This document shows, one piece after another, positions 53,775 through 64,000 of a stretch of DNA of 64,000 bases; the stretch's first letter is position 1, and every line of letters starts with the position of its first letter. The stretch covers positions 12,834,001-12,898,000 of the forward strand of contig OX597841.1 of NCBI GenBank assembly GCA_951406725.2, given 5' to 3'. A model generated the notes under the pieces. The model made no database searches and had not been told where the DNA came from. It saw only the letters and a list, made by a program, of their open reading frames with translations. The position numbers and the translations under genes are program-made. This stretch comes from Octopus vulgaris (taxonomy: Eukaryota).

Positions 53775-54108
53775 TTTCCTATCAGGTCAAAATCTCTCGT
53801 GGAAGCGCCATCCAACCAAAATGCAAATATATGGGAAACTACCACCTGTATCATCTCTTGTGAAAGGTAGGAGAGTCCAGTTTGCTGGACATTGTTGTAG
53901 AGCTGAAAACGAGGCAATTTCTACTCTTCTCCTCTGGAAGCCATCTGCTCGCAATACCAGAGGGCGCACACTCTCCTACCCTGATGTAATCTCCAGGGAT
54001 ACAGGCATCCAGCAACAGGACCTCCGTAATGCTATGATGGACCGTGTGGTCTGGCATAACATAGTAAATTCCATTGTCTCGACCACGGTCGAACAACGAT
54101 GATGATGA
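53775..54108 (+). mobile_element. RTE-like LINE 3' end with (GAT)n tail
   Basis: NLSWKRHPT..IYGKLPPVS...RRVQFAGHC.R...LLWKP...MMDRVVW. Confidence 0.8.
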
Positions 54109-55688
54109 GTATCTCTGTGCTTGTCCCCACTTAAACATGGATGTTCCATTATAGGCGCAAACAAACGAGGAGGGTACCAGGTGGTCATGAGATATGCTAA
54201 AAATAACAGCTAAATAGCTCTTAAATCACACTAAAACATTTATTCTAGTTTTTGATTTTCTGAAAATTTCAAAAAAATAAAAAAGTTATGAGAAGGTTAT
54301 ATGTGGTACTTTAAGCAAAATTCCTCTAAAAACCCTGGATTTCTTTTGTTTTTTGGTAAATTTAGCGAAGGACCACTGTGAAATTTCCAAGATACAGAGG
54401 CCGGGAAATACCGAAACGAAATGAAAAAAAGAAATATTGTTTATTACAACATACTTTCATTTTAAAGCAAATTTATTAGAAGAGAAAAGTAAAACAGAAA
54501 TATTTTGGTGACTCTAAAGTATTTAATTAAAACAGCATTAATTATTAGATGTAATGATATCTAAAAGTCCACAGAAATTAAACCACAGCAATACAATCTC
54601 TGTAGTAAACGCAGGTATTTTATTTCGTTTCAGTAATTCAAGTCAAGATTTTATATATTCCCCAATTTCTTGAAAATTACGTCTCAATTATTTTTTCCAA
54701 AACAGAAATGTTTTTAAAAGCATTTCATGGACATAAACGTCATCAAAACCTTCGGAAATGTTTCCCACAAAACTTCATCAAGGAACACGAACAGTCTGCG
54801 TTGCAAGAAGCTTACTTCCCAACCACATGATTCCGGGTTCAATTCCACTGCGTGACACCTTCGGATGTCTCCCACTGTAACCCTAAGCTGACCAAAACCT
54901 TGTGAGTGGATCTTGTAATTGGAAACTGAAAGAAGCCCATCGTATATATATATAAGAGTGTGAGTGCGCGCGCGCTTCTATTTATCCCACCACTTGATAA
55001 TCGGTATTGGTTTATTTACGTCTGGGAGGTAGCAGTTTGGCGAAAAAACCGACAGAACGAGTACCAGATTCAAAACCCTTCAAGGCGGTGATCCCAGTAT
55101 GGCCGTAGTCCAATGATTAAAACAAATAAACAATAAAAAAAACAGCTAAGAAAAATATGAAGACGCAAAGTCACTGGGGCCCTAAAGTGTAGTTATACTT
55201 AAAGAACGTTAATGTTAATGGTTACCTTGTAATTATTGTTTAAGCACCGTTGTAGCTTCTTTGGACGGAGTCACGGGTGGAAGGACGGGAGATACGGAAT
55301 TGGTACTTTGGTCGAGAGAGGAGGAGGGGGATCAGTGCGGCAAAAGTCTGTGAAGGATGCAAGATGAGAGGAAGATGGATGGAATCCACTGGAAACGGTG
55401 GAAAGGACATAAGGACATCGCAGAAGAGATATCCAGAAATACGGATAGGCATTCGGCAGAGAATGGATTGCTGCGTTTTCATTGGTTAATTTTGGTCAGG
55501 TGATGATGAAGACGGTTCTTCTGTTCTGCGAAGGGGAATGGGAAGGGGGGAAAGTCCGAGGGTTACCACTACTACTACTACTACTACAAATACCACTACT
55601 ACTGCTACTACTACTACTACACAATTTCGTCTGGTATTCTGAAAACAATATTTTTCCTCGAGGTCATCAATGTAGTGGCAGCAGCAGC

Positions 55689-55770
<82 letters not shown>

Positions 55771-56495
55771 TAGTAAGTCCCCTGGAGATTATTCTCTCAA
55801 GTCCTGGGCCACGCAGGGTCAGTTATTAACCCTACATGGTTTATCAGTGACTGAGATCCTAATATTTTCTCTGAAAGAGACGTCAGTCGGTCAGTCGGTC
55901 GCAGGGTTGTGACCCGTTTACAGCTGAGCAGACTGGAACAATGAGAAATGAAGTGTTTTGCTCAAGAACACCACAAGTCGCCCAGTCCGGGAATCGAAAC
56001 CACAATCTTGAGACCACAAGTGAAACACCCTCTGCACGTATCTTCACTCATGCCAGTGTCTCTACGCATTAAAGCTTCTATTTGCCATGGGGGTGGCTGT
56101 GTGGTAAAAAGCTTGCTTCCCAACCACATGGTCCCGGGTTCAGTCCCACTGCAGGGCACCTTGAGCAAGTGTCTTTTACTATAGCCTCGGGCTGACCAAA
56201 GCCTTGTGAAAGGTAGACGGAAACTGAAAGAAGCTCATTGTATATATGTGGGTGGGGGTCAGTCTTTCTTTATTTAATCGACCCCGAAAGAATGAAAGGT
56301 AAAGTCGACCTCGGCGGAATTTGAACTCAGAACGTAACGACAGACGAAATACGGCTACGCATTTCGCCCGGCGTGCTACCGTTTCTGCCAGCTCGCCCAT
56401 TTACTAGTATTTATTTTATCGACCTCGAAAGGATGAAAAGCAGCGTCGGAATTTGAACTCAGAACTTAAAGACGGACGGAACGGCGCCAAGCGTT

Positions 56496-56920
56496 GGATC
56501 TTTTCGGTTTGAACGGCAGTTTTTTTCTCGCGGTGTCATATGAAATTGTCACCCATAATTATGACCCTAGTATCGATCTATTGCATTTCAATCTGTTTTA
56601 GGGTTAGGGTTAGTTAGGGTTACGGGTGGGGGGAAGGGTATCTGTTTTTCTTCACAAATGTAAATAAACCCAACCTGTTTCTTAAACGAGGGACATATTC
56701 ATACGGCACAGAATGTTTTTTTTACCTCAATAGACGTCATTGATTGGTTGAAATTGTAGAAAAAAAAAAACAACAAACATCTTACAAACTATAGAATTTT
56801 CTCAATAAAGCCAAGAGAAAAAGATGTTTTATAAACACATTCTTCCAGTATACGAAGTTTAAAAGTGTTTAGTTACCTAGAAATTATTTTACAAATCTGC
56901 TGGTCAAATCAAAAAGATCT
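56496..56920. mobile_element. Non-autonomous TIR element with internal TTAGGG repeats, inserted in a family B SINE
   Basis: Imperfect TIRs ggatcttttcggtttgaacggcag / ctgctggtcaaatcaaaaagatct; flanking 38-bp direct repeat. Confidence 0.65.
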
Positions 56921-58319
56921 CTCAGAACGTAAAGACGGACGGAACGGCGCAAAACGTTTTGTCCGGCGTCCTAACCGGATTCTGCCCTTCTCGCTTTCAT
57001 TTACGCAATGGAAACTTTTACAAGCGGGGACATGAACTTCCGAACACCGCCCACAAGCCATTATCTATTGGTTTCCTATACCACTTCCTGTTGTTAGACC
57101 ACCACTACTACTGCTAATAGTACATCAGCCTGTGCTAGTGTAGCAGACTAGTTTCTGTAACCACATGTGAAGGTATAAACAGAATGAACACCCATTATTT
57201 ATATCTAGAGAAAGACTGCACCATTTAATATAAGGTGATGTCAAAAGGAAGGCGGCTTTGTTTTCTCTTCCCCTAGAGTGACCTCCCTTGCCTGCCACGG
57301 GCACTGACTCCTTGACTGCAGCGGAACAAAGGAGTGTGGGCTTTGTCTTTCAACTAAATCACATCCTACAGAAATATTTCCCCCTAATACTCCGATAAAT
57401 CGATTAATTCTATAAGATCATAAATTATTTATTATCTGTCTAATGTAACGAATCGTTTAAGCGTTCTAAATTCCTTTTATATTATATGCAAAATTAAATT
57501 AACCATTGACAGCTCCGTTCTTCCTTCCAAAGTGCTCGACCTTTTCAGTTTTTCCGCAATCGTCTTCATTGTTCTTGCTTAAATAACATCAGTGATGCGT
57601 ATAATTAATTTAAATTAATTATAGCCGCTTCCGAAGTTCTTCATTTACATCTATGAATTAACACCATTCGGACCGGGTATTATCTGGTAAGTAATTTTAA
57701 TACATTTAAAACAAGGGTTTTAAATGGTGGTGGTGGTGGTGGTGGTGGTGATGGCAGAGAGGTTGGCATTTTTTAAATTATTATTCTCCATTTTCCGGTC
57801 AATTTATTGCATGGTATTTCCTTTCTTTTTTCTTTCTTTCTTTTTTTTTTTTTGTTATTGAATTATCATAGGCGTCCCAGTCATGACCGCCCCGCTCTTG
57901 TGTGTATTTATAACCTGGACTTCGAAAAAAATGTGTCGTTCGGGATGTGATTTGATGGGTATTTAATAGTTCTTTCGGTTTATTCTCTTCGGATAGAATC
58001 GGTAATTATCTAATGTAACCCCAAACCGCAATTTCTTCTAGACTGTGTGTTTTAAACATCGTAGCTTACGCATCTAAAAAAGAGGGAGGGGAATCATTCC
58101 TCCCCCCGCCCCGGCCTCCTTTTCGGCTTACCTTCAGCTTTGAGGGGTTTTTCGTAATTTTTTTCTTCTTATGTTAAACGTAATTTTGAAGAATATTTAT
58201 TGAGCGCAGATGTTTAATATATAAATGCGACAAAAAGGTTATGTTTTCAAAAGAGAAATCAAATCTGGAAAATTACGTTAAAGGAGAGGGTGAGGGCAAA
58301 GAATTCTCCCCCTGTATGT

Positions 58320-58325
58320 ATACGC

Positions 58326-58375
<50 letters not shown>

Positions 58376-58654
58376 ATATATATGTATATATATATGTATG
58401 TATATATATATGTATGTATATATATATGTATATATATATATGTATGTATATATATATGTATGTATATATATATGTATGTATATATATATGTATGTATATA
58501 TATATGTATGTATATATATATATGTATGTATATATATATATGTATGTATATATATATGTATGTATATATATATGTATGTATATATATATGTATGTATATA
58601 TATATGTATGTATATATATATGTATGTATATATATATGTATGTATATATATTTG

Positions 58655-58693
<39 letters not shown>

Positions 58694-58730
58694 ATATGTA
58701 TGTATATATATATATGTATGTATATATATA
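58320..58730. repeat. (TA)n/(TATG)n compound microsatellite
   Basis: Directly visible. Confidence 0.95.
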
Positions 58731-59360
58731 AATCGCATTCTCAGATACTTAGAATGCAAATCCGAAGAAATTAGTTTTTGCCATTCTGGGTTTATTTCCG
58801 ATGTGATTCTGTTAGAATGCCCCCGTTAGTGTTTATGAAAGTGTATTAAATTATATTTTAGGGATTTTAATTTCTATCATCTGCATGAGACGTGAGGAAT
58901 ATTATCGATGGCACCACCCATTTAGTACGTTTCTAATTAGTCAAGCTAATTTTATTAATATCTTGTGCAGTAATTATCTCGTTTTAAGGTGAACTAAGGG
59001 AGGGTGACCTCCGTGTGTTCAGGGTCGAAGTTCCGTTGTTTTATCACAAGATTAACATCGTCAATTAATTTACAGGACAGGACGAGAAATGACTTTTGAC
59101 CCCCAGCAAATAAACCAGTGAAGTTTTCTGACACTTTTTCATTTGATCAGCAAATCTTGACTGGGTACCTTTCATCGTTATTTGTTCAAGTTAAACATAG
59201 CAGCTAATCTCTCTTAAATCATAGTCGACCTTTTCATAAAAGGAAGGACTCTGTCAACAATACAGTCCTTGATAGCAAAACAAAAGGTCAAGATAATCAG
59301 AGCTACAATGATTTTTATTTTACGTGTGTTTGACGAAGGCCATCATAGGGTTAACACGTG

Positions 59361-59397
<37 letters not shown>

Positions 59398-59919
59398 CCA
59401 CACACATGTACAAGGGGTTGCTGAAAAGGTCCTGGCTTTAGGTAAAAGAAAATACAAGAGGTTAATTGTGATTTTGTTCAACATATTCCCCTCCCAAATT
59501 CACACATTTATTGCAACAGTCCTTCAATTTTCCTAAGCCCTGTAAAAGAACTGGGAAGATTGGGCCTGCCTGTATACATGGCTAACTTTCACCAAGTCAT
59601 TCATCTCTCCCTAGTTTCCTCAGTGGCCATTATATGAAAGGGTGAAGGGCTCTGTCAAAGTTGACCTCGGCAGAATTTGAACTCAAAACACAAAAGACAG
59701 ATGAAATGCTGCCAAGCATTTTGCCCAGAATTCTAATGATTCTGCCAGTTCACAGCCTTATATTGATCCCCAAAAACATGTTACTGATGAAATAAAGGGA
59801 TCCTAACTTCCTGATTCATGTGTTCCTCTCATTTTTAACCCTTTCGTTACCAATTTCTGTTGAAATACACTCTCTTTGACTTAATTAATTTTAGAAATAA
59901 TCAAGATCAAATTCGATGA

Positions 59920-60705
59920 CTGATGTCCGTGCTAGCAAGGTGCAAAGAGCACCATACGAGTGTGATCGTTGCCAGAGCGGCTAACCGGCTTCCGTGCCAG
60001 TGGCACATAAAAGGGCATCATTCGAGTGTGATCGTTACCAGCATTGCCTTACTGGCACCTGTGCCCCATGCTAGTAGGGTGCTAAGAGCACCATCCGAGT
60101 GTGATCGTTGCCAGAGTGGCTGGCTTCAGTGCCGGTGGCATGTAAGAGGCACCATTCGAGCATGATCGTTACCAACGTCGCTTCACTGGCACCCGTGCCG
60201 GTGGCATGTGTAAAAGATTCGAGCGAGGTTGTTGCCAGTACCACCTGACTGGCCCCCGTGCTGGTGGCACATAAAAAGTGCCAACCGATCATGACCAATG
60301 CCAGTACCCCCTGACTGGCTTCTCTGCCAGTGGCATATAAAAAGCAACATCCAAATGTGTTCATTGCCAGGCCCACCTTACTGGCTCAGGTGCTGGTGGC
60401 ACATAAAAAGTGCCAACCGATCATGACCAATGCCAGTACCTGCTGACTGGTCCCTATGCCGATGGCATGTAAAAAGCACCATCCGAACATGATCGTTGCC
60501 AGGTCCGCCTTACTGGCTCCAGTGCTAGTGGCACGTAAAAAGCATCCACTATACTCTCGGAGTGGTTGGCATTAGGAAGGGCATCCAGCTGTAGAAACTC
60601 TGCCAGATCAGATTGGAGCCTGGTGCAGCCATCTGGTTCGCCAGTCCTCTGTCAAAATCGTCCAACCCATGCTAGCATGGAAAGCAGAAGCTAAACGATG
60701 ATGAA
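59920..60705 (+). mobile_element. SINE family C, long form with diverged ~60-bp internal subrepeats
   Basis: Repeated ccRgtggcaYRtaaaaagcaccatccgagtgtgatcgttgccag modules ending in the family C tail; near copy at 62805-63291. Confidence 0.82.
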
Positions 60706-61215
60706 GAATTTAATAAAATGCCTGTCATTTTCAAAACTAACAAAATTTTGATGGAAGTTTTTAATTTGGATCACTTTAAAATTGAGAAATCGTATAATAA
60801 AACTAGGGGCCTTGTTTCAAAAGGGTTGTGCTTTTCATAATAACCTTACTACAATTATTTAGATTCCACCAAATCACGTAACTGAGAGTTTAATGTTTTG
60901 GTCCACAGCTCGTGCACACACACACACACACACACTCACACACACACATATGTACATTTTCGTTCTGGCACCAGCGTTAAACCGTCATATTTTTGCTTTC
61001 TTTGCAGGTATGCCAGCCGATTGCTCCATTACAACTTGAAGTACAAGTCAGTGCAAACTTTTCTCCTGGTGAACAGAAAATAACATCTCCACTTCATATT
61101 TCTCACGCTTGTGAACAGACGTCTGTCATATCAAAGACAAGGAACTGAACTTTTATAGATTATATTCGCAAGACATTTCTTAGCTCTTAAGAAAGAATTC
61201 TTCAAGAATATTGAT

Positions 61216-61965
61216 ATGGAGGACCTTAGTCACTTCAACAATCCTGAGACACTTGTCTTTAATGATATAGAGACAGTTACACTGACAGACAGAGATGAGA
61301 AACCTTTATATAGCGAAACATTTACCAATCAAAGAACTTTGTACGACGATATTCCTCAATATTCTTGTGAGATTTGTAGGAAAACTTTCACTTCGCAATT
61401 AGATATCTTCGTGCACAAAGAAATGCACAGTAAGGAAAAAACATTCCGCTGTGAAATTTGTGGGAAATATTTTGTGTCCACCAGTGTGTTGACAAAGCAT
61501 AAGTTGATCCACACAGGTGAAAAACCATTCCACTGCGACATCTGTGGAAAATCTTTCACTCAGAATTCTAACTTAGTCGTTCATCAAAGAATCCACACGG
61601 GGGAAAAACCGTACGAGTGTGACTTGTGTGGAAAATCTTTTGTGAACAAATCTCATCTCGTGACCCACATACGTAGCCACACTGGAGAGAAACCGTTCCA
61701 TTGTGAAATCTGCGGCAAAGCCTTCAGCACTAATTTCCTCTTAAAGACGCACAGACAGATCCACACGGGACAGAAACTTTTCCACTGCGAAATCTGCGGA
61801 AACTCTTTCACTCAAAATTCCCACCTTGTTATCCACATCCGGAGTCACACGGGAGAAAAGCCGTATCATTGTGAAATATGTGAGAAGTCCTTTTTAACAA
61901 ACAGTCATTTGAAGAGACACAAACGAATCCACAGCCGAGGGAAACCATTCAACAGCGAAACATGA
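61216..61965 (+). CDS. C2H2 zinc-finger protein with 7 fingers
   Basis: Seven C2H2 fingers with TGEKP linkers; acceptor tttgcag at 61007; candidate non-coding first exon with gtaagt donor at 57687; AATAAA downstream. Confidence 0.94.
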   Translation: MEDLSHFNNPETLVFNDIETVTLTDRDEKPLYSETFTNQRTLYDDIPQYSCEICRKTFTSQLDIFVHKEMHSKEKTFRCEICGKYFVSTSVLTKHKLIHTGEKPFHCDICGKSFTQNSNLVVHQRIHTGEKPYECDLCGKSFVNKSHLVTHIRSHTGEKPFHCEICGKAFSTNFLLKTHRQIHTGQKLFHCEICGNSFTQNSHLVIHIRSHTGEKPYHCEICEKSFLTNSHLKRHKRIHSRGKPFNSET

Positions 61966-62804
61966 GGGGTCCTTCTGCTGCGACTCTGAACTCGAAACCC
62001 CAACCTGTGTGGGTTGGTAGGGTGGTGGTTGTTTGTCGGAAATGAGTGACTTTGAAGTTCCATCTCGTATGTCTAGAAGTGTTTGTTCTCATTGAATGAA
62101 AATCTTTTCTCCAATACAATGATTCTTAACCATTTTTTTTGTTTGTTTGTTTTTTAGCACCAACCTTGCCCACCTCTTTTAAGTAGTTGTTATTCCCAGC
62201 CCTGCTCTCAGTGGCGAGTGAGATATTATGACTAAACTAACGTAAACCTTTAGGATTTAATCCAGTTATATCCAGCCCAAATATTTTCCTTATTTTACAT
62301 TCGAATCAACCTAATCTGGCTTCTCACACCTACCCTACATTGTCATTCTAAAAATAAAGTATTATATCATCAAAATCTCGAAGCTACTAGATAAAGCATA
62401 ATTAATTTAAAACAATTAATTGAAACAATGTGAATGAATAAGTCCTGCATCTGACAGAAAAACCTGAATAGTGATGGATGGTCACTTGTGGATTTTACTC
62501 AAAAAATGAATTACATAAGCTTTAAACAGTGAAATGACAAAAAAATTAATGAAGACAAAAGCTGTAAATTACACATTGCATGTTATATAACATTAAAAAA
62601 TTAATTATTGCAAAAAACATAACATTAAAAATAAATTTTTCTTGTTCAAACGTGTCTTTATCCGTGATATATATATTTCTTTGTTGTTTTATTTTAATAT
62701 TGTTTTTGTATTTGGTTTGCAAGATTCTTTGTGTGAATTAATGTATTGAAGCATATTTTGTTGTGTCTGGGGAGATTCATTCTGTGTTGATGCCTTATTA
62801 ATGC

Positions 62805-63291
62805 CAAGCGTGGTCGTTGCCAGAGCGGCTAACCGGCTTCCGTGCCAGTGGCACATAAAAGGCACCATTCGAGTGTGATCGTTACCAGCATTGCCTTACT
62901 GGCTCCTGTGCCCCGTGCTAGTAGGTTGCCAAGAGCACCATCCGAGTGTGATCATTGCCAGAGCGGCTGGCTTCAGTGCCGGTGGCACGTAAAAGGGCAC
63001 CATTCGAGTGCGATCATTACCAGCGTCGCCTTACTGGCACCTGTGCCAGTGGCATGTGTAAAAAGATTCAAGTGAGGTCATTGCCAGTACTGCCTGACTA
63101 GCCCCCGTGCCGGTGGCATGTAAAAAGCACCCACTACAATCTCGGAGTGGTTGGCATTAGGAAGGGCATCCAACTGTAGAAACACTGCTAGATCAAGACT
63201 GGAGCCTGGTGCAGCCATCTGGTTCGCCAGCCCTCAGTCAAATCGTCCAACCCATGCCAGCATGGAAAGTGGACGTTAAACAATGATGATG
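62805..63291 (+). mobile_element. SINE family C, long form
   Basis: Homologous to 59960-60705. Confidence 0.82.
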
Positions 63292-63481
63292 ACTCTCACT
63301 GGTTTGATTTCCATTCGTTTACTAATTTTATTTAATTTTTTTTTTTTACAAATTATCATTGCTTCTTGTGACCTCTTCAATAGTTGTTGTATATATAAGT
63401 TCAGTAAAATTTAGATTCAGATGAATATGGTGCTTAAGTTAAAGGCACCATAATTTGGTATGGTATTATCTATATAATATT

Positions 63482-63860
63482 GGCGCAGGAGTGGCTGTGT
63501 GGTAAGTAGCTTGTTTACCAGCCACATGGTTCCGGGTTCAGTCCCACCGTGTGGCACCTTGGGCAAGTGTCTTCTACTATAGTCTTGGGCCAACCAAAGC
63601 CTTGTGAGTGGAATTGGTAGACGGAAACTGAAAGAAGCCCGTTGTATATATGTATATATATATATATGCGTGTGTTTGTGTTTGTGTGTCTGTGTTTGTC
63701 CCCTAGCATTGCTTGACAACCGATGCTGGTGTGTTTATGTCCCCGTCACTTAGTGGTTCGGCAAAAGAGACCGATAGAATAAGTCCCGGGGTCGAGTTGC
63801 TCGATTAAAGGCGGTGCTCCAGTATGGCCGCAGTCAAATGACTGAAACAAGTAAAAGAGT
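63482..63860 (+). mobile_element. SINE family A, full length
   Basis: A/B boxes, CORE-like block and 3' tail. Confidence 0.88.
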
Positions 63861-64000
63861 ATAATTCAAAATGGGGTGATTACAATCAAAATAAGCAACA
63901 AGGATATCCAGAGGTCATGCAGTACGATCGTTTCATGCGACTCCATTTAATTGAACAATGCAAGTATTACATTAAAACTGATGTAATGTCCAAAATGAAG

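Noticed and set aside
56598-56625. Telomere
   Set aside because: Only a few TTAGGG units, internal to a TIR element

Overview
Repeat-dense eukaryotic genomic DNA, most likely from an octopod cephalopod. That assignment is inferred from the SINE families, the microsatellite load and the intronless C2H2 zinc-finger arrays. Four protein-coding genes are supported. (1) A 13-exon OGFOD1/Tpa1 prolyl 3-hydroxylase gene on the minus strand (32777->14581, 674 aa, all splice phases consistent). (2) A two-exon secreted bacterial-type M4 (vibriolysin/pseudolysin-like) metalloprotease on the plus strand (42071-42119 + 48449-50295, 631 aa), with its signal peptide split by a GT-AG intron, suggesting a domesticated horizontally acquired gene. 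(3, 4) Two divergently oriented C2H2 zinc-finger genes. Non-coding highlights are a U6 snRNA retrocopy fused to a LINE-type 3' tail, several minimal type-I hammerhead ribozyme motifs in short Penelope/retrozyme-like repeats, fold-back MITEs around the OGFOD1 first exon, and a 62-bp minisatellite with higher-order structure. SINE, LINE and DNA-transposon fragments are abundant. Most other ORFs in the supplied track are microsatellite artefacts.
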